Assembly (NCBI GenBank): GCA_934613415.1
Contig: CAKTSY010000004.1
Coordinates: forward strand, 210,001-242,000
From: an uncultured Opitutales bacterium
Lineage (GTDB): Bacteria > Verrucomicrobiota > Verrucomicrobiia > Opitutales > Intestinicryptomonadaceae
Length of the DNA: 32,000 nucleotides
Direction: 5' to 3'
Of the stretch, positions 9,271 to 18,000 are shown one piece after another. Both the position numbers and the translations under genes were made by a program. The notes under the pieces were generated by a model. The model had not been told where the DNA came from, did no database searches, and was given only the letters and a program-made list of their open reading frames with translations. The stretch's first letter is position 1. Every line of letters starts with the position of its first letter.

Positions 9271-9301
9271 GCTTGCACTTGCAATATAACTGTATTTATT
9301 G
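9271..9301 (+). promoter_or_regulatory. Candidate promoter for rplU-rpmA (A-tract + GCTTGCA motif)
   Basis: The sequence caaaaaaaGCTTGCACTTGCAAtataac has the same A-tract/GCTTGCA arrangement as upstream of rpsR. The motif sits about 50 nt before the rplU ATG. The -10 element is unclear (TTATTG at 9296-9301). Confidence 0.3.
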
Positions 9302-9322
9302 GAACTTTTTAAATTTACGATA

Positions 9323-9637
9323 ATGAAAGCGACTATTAAAATTCAAGGAAAACAACTGACGGTATCGGAAGGCGAAATCTTTTTCGTAAACCGCTTCTGC
9401 GACTCCAAAGCTGGCGACACAGTTACCATTAACGAAGTTCTTATGCTCGGCGACGGCGCCGAAGCGAAGTTTGGCACGCCCTATGTCGACGGAGCGAGCG
9501 TAACCGCCAAAATTCTCGAAAACAAGCGCGGCAAGAAGGTAGACATCTTCAAAAAGAAACGCCGTAAGGGTTATCAGCGCAGAAGAGGCCACAGGCAGGA
9601 ATTGTCTGTTATAAAGGTAGAATCTATCAAAGCATAA
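9323..9637 (+). CDS. rplU: 50S ribosomal protein L21
   Basis: I moved the start to [18 protein letters not shown], the typical L21 N-terminus. The protein has a basic C-terminus ([16 protein letters not shown]). Confidence 0.9.
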   Translation: MKATIKIQGKQLTVSEGEIFFVNRFCDSKAGDTVTINEVLMLGDGAEAKFGTPYVDGASVTAKILENKRGKKVDIFKKKRRKGYQRRRGHRQELSVIKVESIKA

Positions 9638-9652
9638 GGAGGCTAATCAGTT

Positions 9653-9892
9653 ATGGCACATAAAAAAGGTCAGTCGTCGGCAGGCAACGGTAAAGATTCT
9701 AACGCACAACGTCGCGGCGTAAAGAAATACGGCGGCGAAGCTATTTTGGCAGGCGGCATTATCGTCCGTCAGTGCGGTACAAAGGTACACCCCGGCTTGA
9801 ATGTCGGAATGGGTAAAGACTACACCCTCTTTGCATTGAAAGACGGCACCGTTAAGTGGGACGGCGCACACCGCAAAGTTTCGGTTTTGTAA
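9653..9892 (+). CDS. rpmA: 50S ribosomal protein L27
   Basis: [29 protein letters not shown]...IIVRQCGTK matches the conserved L27 N-terminus. The gene lies immediately downstream of rplU. Confidence 0.93.
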   Translation: MAHKKGQSSAGNGKDSNAQRRGVKKYGGEAILAGGIIVRQCGTKVHPGLNVGMGKDYTLFALKDGTVKWDGAHRKVSVL

Positions 9893-9921
9893 TTTAATAA
9901 AACCTTTATTTGATTTTGTTT

Positions 9922-9949
9922 ATGGCGGGTTTACCCCGCCATTTTTTTT
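9922..9949 (+). terminator. Rho-independent terminator after rpmA
   Basis: A perfect 8-bp stem pairs atggcggg (9922-9929) with cccgccat (9935-9942). A T-run extends to 9949. Confidence 0.8.
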
Positions 9950-10116
9950 GAGCCAAATTTAGGCAAAAGCATATATTGCATAGCTAAAACCTTTGGGAAT
10001 TTGCCACGCGTTTTTTATAAAAACTTTATATATAAAAAAACGGCAAAGCACCGCATTTTAGCAGAACATACAGCTATGCCCCCTGCCCTAATTTTACGGC
10101 ACAATTTTACGCGCAC

Positions 10117-10156
10117 AAAAAAAACTCTCAAAGCAATTTTGCATTGAGAGTTTTTT
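10117..10156. terminator. Bidirectional hairpin terminator, most simply the terminator of the EEP gene
   Basis: The stem ctctcaa (10125-10131) / ttgagag (10144-10150) is flanked by A8 on the left and T6 on the right. It can therefore present a U-tract in either orientation. It lies 23 nt downstream of the minus-strand stop at 10179. Confidence 0.65.
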
Positions 10157-10178
10157 GTTTTAAAAGAAAGCTACTAGG

Positions 10179-11072
10179 TTATTTAAGAACAGCTTCGATA
10201 AATACGGGAAAGTGGTCGGACGGGAACTTTATTTTGTTGCTGTCGCTTATTACCCTGTAAGAGTTTACCTGCGTGTTGTTCTTGTTCACAAAAATGTAGT
10301 CTATGCGCGTTTTTTGCGAAGGCTCAAACCCCTTAAAGGCGTGGAATGTTGCTTCGGGCCCGTATGGTGTTTTTTTCGACAACCCGCGCGAATCTTTAAA
10401 TGTATCCGACGAAAACATAATTTTCATAGGTTCGCTGTCGGAAAATGCGTTAAAGTCGCCCATGCAAAATACGGCGGTGTTTTTGTCCAGCTCGCCCATT
10501 TTCTTTAGCAGCAGCTTTGCAGATTCGGCTCTGGCATAGGGGGCTATATGGTCGAAATGGCTGTTGAATACAACAACGGTTTTGCCGCTTATTTTGTCGC
10601 GCAATTTGGCAAATGTGCAAATTCTTTTGTGCTCTTTAACGTCCCAGCCCAAACTTGGCACTTCGGGAGTTTCCGAATACCAAAAAGTTCCCTTGTCGAG
10701 CAATTCAAAGCGGTCTTTCTTGTAGTATATCGCGCAAGTTTCGCCCGCCTGCTTGCCGTCGTCGCGGCCGGCTGCAACAATGTCGTATTGGGGAAGCTCT
10801 TTGCCTATGTATTCAAGCTGCTGCCAAAACGCCTCTTGCGAGCCCCACAAATCAAAATCGTAGTAGTTTACAAGTGCTTTAACCTGCTCTTTGCGCAAAT
10901 CCCAAATGTTTTCCTTATCCCAGTTGTTTAGCAGTCTTAAGTTCCAGCTGGCAACCTTTACGGGCACGCCGCCTGCACAGGCACTTTCGCCCTTGCAGGG
11001 AAATTTAGAAAACACAAAACCCGCGGCAAATGCCGCAACCGCCAAGCATATAACCAATATTGTTTTTTTCAT
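10179..11072 (-). CDS. Endonuclease/exonuclease/phosphatase (EEP) family protein with signal peptide
   Basis: The 297-aa ORF has the N-terminus MKKTILVICLAVAAFAAGFVFS. VASWNLR, GDFN and the C-terminal SDHFPV are hallmark EEP motifs. Confidence 0.8.
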   Translation of the reverse strand: MKKTILVICLAVAAFAAGFVFSKFPCKGESACAGGVPVKVASWNLRLLNNWDKENIWDLRKEQVKALVNYYDFDLWGSQEAFWQQLEYIGKELPQYDIVAAGRDDGKQAGETCAIYYKKDRFELLDKGTFWYSETPEVPSLGWDVKEHKRICTFAKLRDKISGKTVVVFNSHFDHIAPYARAESAKLLLKKMGELDKNTAVFCMGDFNAFSDSEPMKIMFSSDTFKDSRGLSKKTPYGPEATFHAFKGFEPSQKTRIDYIFVNKNNTQVNSYRVISDSNKIKFPSDHFPVFIEAVLK

Positions 11073-11092
11073 TTTTTATAATCCTCCTATAT

Positions 11093-11989
11093 TTAAGCCT
11101 GCTGCGCCAATAGGCCGCTGCGCCCCGCAAATTCAAGCATTTTAACTTCGCATACTTGTATTTTTTGCGGATCTGCCAACAGCTGTTTTGCCCAGTCTTG
11201 CAGCGAAAAGAATTCTATATTGCGGGCTTTTGCCTCTTTTATAAAGCCTTCAAAATAGTCGAAATAATTTAACGCCTCCAATTCCGAATGTATTGTCATA
11301 ACCGACATTTCGGCACCCAAAATCTTTTCCAAATACATCTGCTTTATTGTGTCTAATGTATTTGCGCCCACGCCCAAAACTTCGTCTAAAGTAGGCAGTG
11401 TAGACGGTATCTGAAGCGTTTTAAAAGTTTTGCCGCCCATTTTTGGGAAAAACGGGCTTTTGCCGCGCGTATCCGATGCATATAGCAAATTGTTTGCGTC
11501 TTCTACCGCAATGGCGTCGGGCGAAATTTGCCAACCGGGGGCACCGCAACAAAGGGGGGCTTGCCCGTAAACTTCAATAAAAGCCGCTTTTGCCTTTTCA
11601 AATTCGGCAGCTACTGCAGTTTTAGACATTTTAAAAATATTGTCTTGCCAGTTGTAGTGGTTCCACGAATGTATGCCGCATTCAAAGCCGCTGTTTTTTG
11701 CCTGCAACATAATGTCGGCGCACTTTTTGTAGATTATAGGTGCAGGCAAAAGCGTTCCGTACATAAGGGTTTTAAGCCCGTAGTTGCCAGCCACATTGCT
11801 GCGCAGGCACTTTTTTATAAAGCCCTTTCTAAACACCCTTGTTATTGCCCTGCCAGTATTGTCGGGCCCAAAGCTAAAAAGGAATGTTGCGGGCACTGCG
11901 TACTTTTCAAACAAACGAAGAAGGGGTATTATCCCCTTCTTTGTTCCCTGATAAGTATCTACATCTATCTTTATTGCAAGCTTGGGCAT
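11093..11989 (-). CDS. arnD: 4-deoxy-4-formamido-L-arabinose-phosphoundecaprenol deformylase-like polysaccharide deacetylase
   Basis: The 298-aa ORF is collinear with E. coli ArnD from my recall of that sequence (KIDVDTYQGTKKG..., FSFGPDN, LQIPSTLPTLDEV, TIHSELE). Its start overlaps the stop of the upstream arnA-like gene by 1 nt. Confidence 0.8.
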   Translation of the reverse strand: MPKLAIKIDVDTYQGTKKGIIPLLRLFEKYAVPATFLFSFGPDNTGRAITRVFRKGFIKKCLRSNVAGNYGLKTLMYGTLLPAPIIYKKCADIMLQAKNSGFECGIHSWNHYNWQDNIFKMSKTAVAAEFEKAKAAFIEVYGQAPLCCGAPGWQISPDAIAVEDANNLLYASDTRGKSPFFPKMGGKTFKTLQIPSTLPTLDEVLGVGANTLDTIKQMYLEKILGAEMSVMTIHSELEALNYFDYFEGFIKEAKARNIEFFSLQDWAKQLLADPQKIQVCEVKMLEFAGRSGLLAQQA

Positions 11990-13038
11990 TACTTTCTCTT
12001 TTGCTCAAGTTCGTAGTCTTTGCTCAACAAGTGGTAGTCTAGCGTAAGGCGTATTGCGGTTTTTAAGTCGGTTGTGGGCTTCCAGCCGAGTTTTTCCTCG
12101 GCCTCTTTTATAGAGGGAATTCTGTATTTTACGTCTTGGTAGCCTTCGCCGTAATACTCTTTTGCCGAAACCGTTTCTATCTTGGCATTTTTGGCGCAGT
12201 CTTCGTAGCCCTTATATTCGCCAATCATTTCAACAAGCATATCGGCCAATTCCTTAATGGAAAAGTCCATATATGGATTGCCTATGTTGAAGATTCTGCG
12301 CGAGGCAACGCCGTCTTTGTTTTCTATGATTTTCAGCATGCAGTCCATAGCGTCGTCTATAAAGGTAAAGCTTCTGCGCTGCGCGCCACCGTCTACAAGC
12401 TTGATTGGCTTGTTGTTTATTATGTTGTGTATAAACTGCGTCAATACGCGCGAAGAGCCCTCTTTTGGGGCTTTAACGTCGTCCAACTTGGGGCCTATAA
12501 AATTGAAAGGTCTAAACAATGTAAAATCTAAGCCTTCGTGCATACCGTACGCCCAAATTACGCGGTCTAACATCTGCTTAATGCACGAGTATATCCAGCG
12601 TTCTTTTGGAACGGGGCCAAGAGTTAAGTTGGAATTGTATTCGTCGAAAGAATCGTCTTGGCACATACCGTATACTTCGGAAGTAGACGGGAACAATATG
12701 CGCGTTTTATATTTTGCGCAAAGTTTTACAACCTCCATATTCGATTCGTAGTCGAGCCTGTAAACCCTAAGAGGGTCTGTTACATACATTCTGGGGGTTG
12801 CAATGGCAACTAGCGGAATTACTACATCGCAGGCTTTTACCTGTTCTTCTATCCAATCGGTGTCTACGGTAACGTCGCCCTTTTTAAAGTGGAATTTTTC
12901 GTAGCCCAAACAGTTTTCAAGCTTGTTCGACGCCATGTCGAACGCGAAAATTTCCCAGTCGGTTTTGTTGAGAATTGCCCACGACAGCGACGAGCCTATA
13001 AAGCCGTTCGCGCCCAATATAAGAATTTTTTTAGACAT
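11989..13038 (-). CDS. arnA: UDP-glucuronate oxidative decarboxylase, stand-alone homolog of the ArnA C-terminal (dehydrogenase) domain
   Basis: I moved the start to MSKKILILGANGFIGSSL (ATG at 13038), because the longer listed ORF would overlap glnB. ArnA-specific blocks are present: VIPLVAIATP, FPSTSEVYGMC, RWIYSCIKQMLDRVIWAYG, FTLFRPFNFIGP and GSSRVLTQF. No formyltransferase domain is present. Confidence 0.85.
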   Translation of the reverse strand: MSKKILILGANGFIGSSLSWAILNKTDWEIFAFDMASNKLENCLGYEKFHFKKGDVTVDTDWIEEQVKACDVVIPLVAIATPRMYVTDPLRVYRLDYESNMEVVKLCAKYKTRILFPSTSEVYGMCQDDSFDEYNSNLTLGPVPKERWIYSCIKQMLDRVIWAYGMHEGLDFTLFRPFNFIGPKLDDVKAPKEGSSRVLTQFIHNIINNKPIKLVDGGAQRRSFTFIDDAMDCMLKIIENKDGVASRRIFNIGNPYMDFSIKELADMLVEMIGEYKGYEDCAKNAKIETVSAKEYYGEGYQDVKYRIPSIKEAEEKLGWKPTTDLKTAIRLTLDYHLLSKDYELEQKRK

Positions 13039-13054
13039 ATATTTTTGCTTTCGA

Positions 13055-13405
<351 letters not shown>

Positions 13406-13442
13406 TTAACAAAGCCGCAGCAAACGCAAGTTTTTTTAGGCA

Positions 13443-14303
13443 ATGGGCAAGATTTCGACACAAATTTTGGAGGATTTCGCAAAGCGCGAACTGTTCGACG
13501 CAGTGGGCGTATGCGAAGCTTTGCCCGTAGAAAAAAAATATGCCGACAAGTTCCTTGAATGGGTAAATTCGCAAAATTCGGGGGCTTTGGACTATATGAA
13601 ACGCAACATAGAAGTTAGGCTAAACCCGCAGCTGTTGCTGGAAGGCGCAAAAAGCGTTATAGGCTTTAGGGCAAACTTTTGGCGCACGGTTAGCGAAAAC
13701 CGCATTGCAACCTACGCGCAGGGCAAAGACTACCACATTGTTTTAAAGGAAAAACTTTTGCGGCTAAACGCCCTTTTAAGCGAGCTTGGCGGCACGCAAA
13801 AATTGTGCGTAGACAGCACCCCCTTAATGGAGAAATATTTCGCGCAAAAATGCGGTTTGGGCTTTATAGGCAAAAACTCGCTTTTAATAAGCAGACCCAA
13901 CGGGGCTTTCAACTTTTTATGCTTTGCTATAACTACGCTGGAATTCGACAGGCTGTCGCTCCCCGTTGCCGACTCGTGCCGAGACTGCGACATTTGCATT
14001 AAGGCGTGCCCGGTAAAGGCAATTAACGGCAACTACACCGTAAACGCCGCAAAGTGCATAAACGCCCTTACAATAGAAGAGGCAAAACCCGTAAAAATAG
14101 GCAACCGCAACTTTATTTTCGGGTGCGACATTTGCCTTAGGGTGTGCCCTAAAAACGAGAAAAGCCAAACGCCCAAAATGCCCGAATTTTGCAATAGGTT
14201 TGACAATTTAAGCGAAACTGCAACTCTGGAAAGTTTAATGCCCATTGCGAAAAATACGCCGATGGAAAGAACCATAAAAAAACTGCTAAGGCAAAAAAAA
14301 TGA
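13443..14303 (+). CDS. queG: tRNA epoxyqueuosine(34) reductase
   Basis: The 286-aa ORF contains YAQGKDYH and two ferredoxin-type clusters (CRDCDICIKACP and CDICLRVCP). It is shorter than many QueG proteins. Its stop overlaps the next ATG (ATGA). Confidence 0.75.
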   Translation: MGKISTQILEDFAKRELFDAVGVCEALPVEKKYADKFLEWVNSQNSGALDYMKRNIEVRLNPQLLLEGAKSVIGFRANFWRTVSENRIATYAQGKDYHIVLKEKLLRLNALLSELGGTQKLCVDSTPLMEKYFAQKCGLGFIGKNSLLISRPNGAFNFLCFAITTLEFDRLSLPVADSCRDCDICIKACPVKAINGNYTVNAAKCINALTIEEAKPVKIGNRNFIFGCDICLRVCPKNEKSQTPKMPEFCNRFDNLSETATLESLMPIAKNTPMERTIKKLLRQKK

Positions 14304-14944
14304 AAAGAACATTCATATTCGATTTCGACGGAACGCTGGCCGATACATTCCCGCTAATTTTATACGCTTTCGGCAAGGGCTTTGAGGCGGTGGATGTGCC
14401 CGTTCCCAGCAACGAAGATATGGTTTCGCATTTCGGCCCGTCTGAAGAGGGATTTTTTAAGGCATATAACGCCGACAAGGCAAACGCCATGTTTGCAGCC
14501 TATATACAGGCCTACGAGCGCGAGCACGAAAAGTTTTCGCCCAAGCCATTCTGCAATATGGTTGAAATTTTCAATTACATAAAAGCCAAGGGCGACAACC
14601 TTGGGCTTATAACGGGCAAATGCCTGCAAAGCGCAAAAATAAGCCTTAAGCACTACGGCATAGATTTTGGCATATTCGACTTTGTAAGAACCGGCAGCCC
14701 CGACGGCAACACAAAGCCGCAGGCAATGAAAGACGCAAGGGAGTATTTTAAGGAAAATTCTTCGGAATATTATTATATAGGAGATGCCTTAAGCGACATA
14801 AAAGACGCGCAAGAATCGGGCTTTGCGCCCATTGCGGCGGCCTGGGCAAGCCACGCCGACAAAGCCGGCCAACTTAAGCTAGACCCCTACAAACAATTCA
14901 CCACCACCGAAGCTTTCTTTAACTGGCTAAAGGCTTTAAAATAA
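14300..14944 (+). CDS. HAD-superfamily hydrolase (phosphoglycolate phosphatase/PpaX-like)
   Basis: The ORF has motif I FDFDGTLADT, motif II LITGK and motif IV YYIGDALSD. Confidence 0.75.
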   Translation: MKRTFIFDFDGTLADTFPLILYAFGKGFEAVDVPVPSNEDMVSHFGPSEEGFFKAYNADKANAMFAAYIQAYEREHEKFSPKPFCNMVEIFNYIKAKGDNLGLITGKCLQSAKISLKHYGIDFGIFDFVRTGSPDGNTKPQAMKDAREYFKENSSEYYYIGDALSDIKDAQESGFAPIAAAWASHADKAGQLKLDPYKQFTTTEAFFNWLKALK

Positions 14945-14975
14945 GCTGCAAAAATTTTTATCTATAAAAAACGGA

Positions 14976-15021
14976 AAACGCCTTTTTCGAGAATCTCCCC
15001 GAAAAAGGCGTTTGTTTTTTT
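14976..15021. terminator. Bidirectional terminator between the convergent HAD gene and the pentapeptide-repeat gene
   Basis: A perfect 14-bp stem pairs aaacgcctttttcg (14976-14989) with cgaaaaaggcgttt (15000-15013). A T-run follows to 15021, and an A-rich stretch lies to the left. Confidence 0.8.
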
Positions 15022-15039
15022 ACAGGTTTTAAAGAAATT

Positions 15040-18000
15040 TTATTTGCGGCGGTGATAAATTGCCAAACCCAACGCCAGCGCGCCCAAAACAGCGGCAACG
15101 GTTGAAGGTTCCGGAACTTGCGTTGCCAAAATTGTAAACTTGTTTTCGTTTATAACGCAGCTCCAATAGCCGTTAAATGTTTTGCCCTTAATTGTTAGAT
15201 ATAAGCTTTCGTCGGGCTTTAGGTCTTTTAGGCTTGCTATGTTCGAATCGTCTTCAAAGGCAATTAAGTCGAATTGATATTCAACATTGTCTAAAAGGCT
15301 TTCGGTTATGTTCACATTTACTTTGCCGTTAATAACAAGCTTAGACAACGCTTCAACATAAATTTGCGTCGGGTCGCTGGCAGCAGTGTCAATAATAAGC
15401 ACGCCATTTTCGGCTATAGTAAGCGTCTTTTTGTTTACAATGTCTAACCTTGCCCCTGTGTCTAACTTAAGCTCTGCCCCGCCCGAAACGGTTGCGTTGC
15501 TTTCCGAAATCTTCGCGCTAATCATCTCTCCGTCGCTAGTAGCTGGCGTGTATCTGCGAATTGTAAGGTTGTCTGCACCAGACGCCATACCAAAGTTTTT
15601 AATTACACCATCTGCCATTATGGTGTTTTTGTATACGGGAGACGAATCATAGCCACTTTCGGTTACAAAATTAATTGTAGCTCCTCTAAAATCTGCCCTC
15701 GTGAAGTCTGCTTTTTTTGCGGAAACTCTTTCGAATGTTGTGTTGTGCAATATTGCGTCAGTAAAATCCACTCCAAATATGGACATATTTTTAAAAACAG
15801 AGTTTGTTAAATCTTGCGCAACAAAATTCCCCGTGCTAAATGGCGAATTATTAGTATTCGAGGCTTCAAAAGTTATACCGCGCAAATTCTTCTCTTTATA
15901 GCTTTTTGTAGATGCAATTTGACTCCAAGAGACTCCTTGCCTAGAACCACTTGTCGGCTCATATATCTTAAAATAGCAACCTTCAATTATAGCATCTTTA
16001 AAGCTTGCGCTTCTAAGGTAACAAATCGAAAACTTTGAACCTGTTAAATCTTGAGAGCTAAAATCCCAACCTATAAGATCATAAACATAATTGCCGCTTC
16101 CTATAAACGAAACACCCATTAAATTCTTTTCCTTATAACTTTTTGTAGAATACAACTGCTCTTTGCTAAATTTAATTTGAGCACCGCTAATGTCTGCGTC
16201 TGTAAAGTTTGCAGTAGAATCTACCGTGGTATATCCTAAAGACATAACCGCATTTGTTAAGTTTGCATTGCTAAAGTTTGTATTCTTTAGCGTAGCCGAA
16301 ACAAAATTTGAATTGCTTAAATTTGCTCCGCCAAAATCGGTATTTTCCAAAACAGCAGAAGCAAATATGGAATTGCTTAAATTTTTATCTTTAAAATTAG
16401 CACCCGAAAAATCGTTTTTTGTAAAATCTATTCCAGTTAAATCGCCTGTTTTATACGATTTTGTCGAGTATATGTGTTCTTTTAGCAACCCTGTTACATT
16501 CGAAAAATTAACATTATTTATTATGGCATTTTTCATAAATACATTCGAAAATTTAGTCCACGAAAAATTTGAGCCTGTTAAATCTGCACCTGTAAAATTT
16601 ACCATTGTAAGCGTTTTACTGGCAAAATATGAGGATATTTTTGCATGGGAAAAATCTGTACCAGTTAACGAGCCATACCCACCTCCGATAATGGTACAAT
16701 AAGAAAAGTCTGCATCGTCTACATTGGTGCTACCAAAGCTTACATTGTTTAATTTCAAAGACGAAAAGTCCCATCCGCTCATATCAAGTTTGGAGAATTT
16801 GCTCCAGCTTAACTCTCCATTCTTGTAGGATTGAGTGCTATTAAATTGCTCTTCCGTAAATCCAGTAGCCGAACCAAAATCTACATGATCGATATATGTA
16901 TTCGTAAAATCTGTACCCGTTAAATTTGTAGATGCAAAGCTTGCATACGTCAAATCGGCGTTAGACAAATTCCAACCACTTAAATCGTTATTTGAGAAGT
17001 TTATAGATTTTAAAATGCCGTCTTTATAAGACGCCGTAGATTTTAATTGCGCTTCTGTAAAGCCTTTTGCCACCGTTCCCGACAAATCTACACCTTTAAT
17101 TATTGCGTTGGTAAAATTTGTTTTTGCTAGCGTAGCAGACGAAAAGTTTACCGAAGTTAAATTTGCTTGCGAAAGATCAGCAAAAGATAAATCTGACGAA
17201 TAAAATTTTGCACTAGATAAATTTTGCCCAGCAAAATTCCAACCACTTAGATCGTTGCTAGATAGATCTATGCCAGATAGATCCTTATCCTTATAACTTT
17301 TTGTGGAATATAATTGTACTATAGAAAATCCGTTTTTTCGAGCACCCGAAAAACTTGCACCTTTAATTATTGCATTTTCAAAATTTGTGTTGTCGAATTT
17401 CGCGCCATTGAAATTAGCATTGCTTAAATCGCTATCAGTAAAATCTGCCTTTGTTAATGTAGTATTGGAAAAATCCACTTTAGCCAAATTGCTTTCTGTA
17501 AAAATGGCATTTGTTAAATTAATCCCTTTAAAGGCAAAATCGCTTAATTCGTTATTCGAGAAGTTAACGCCTGTTAAATCTTTATCATTATAGCTTTTTG
17601 TTGAACACAGCTGTTCTTTTGTAAATCCTTTATCGACTGTACTTGTAAAATTTGCACCTAATATTGTAGCATTTGTAAAGGTTGCATCTTTTAATACCGC
17701 ATTGCTAAAATTTGCACCTAATATTGTAGCATTTGTAAAGGTTGCATCTTTTAATACCGCATTGCTAAAATTTGCATTTGTCAAATCGCTATTCTTAAGA
17801 TTTGTATTGCTTAAATCATAAGAACTAAAATCGCCACCAGCATATTTAGCACCCGTAAAATCGATACCTGTTAAGGTTTTATCTTTATAACTTTTTGTAG
17901 TTTTTAAATGTTCAAGGCTAAGCCCCGACATAAAAGTAGCACCCAAAATATCTGCATTTTCAAAGTTGGCAGTCGATACCTTTGTAGCACTACTAAAGTC

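Noticed and set aside
9950-10116. A roughly 170-nt intergenic stretch bracketed by two hairpin terminators, considered as a small RNA gene (with a possible TTGCCA...TATATA promoter near 9996-10030) or a 23-codon ORF starting at 10076
   Set aside because: The second hairpin is adequately explained as the terminator of the minus-strand EEP gene. I could find no conserved structure, and the promoter spacing is poor. Only expression data could revive this idea.
15386-17593. Plus-strand ORFs antisense to the pentapeptide-repeat gene (15386-15652, 15701-15901, 15814-16038, 16190-16702, 17303-17593), some up to 170 aa with their own repetitive KF/LK patterns
   Set aside because: They are mirror images of the low-complexity repeat codons on the opposite strand. 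They have no start context and no recognisable domains. The minus-strand frame is uninterrupted for 1,085 codons with clear family features.
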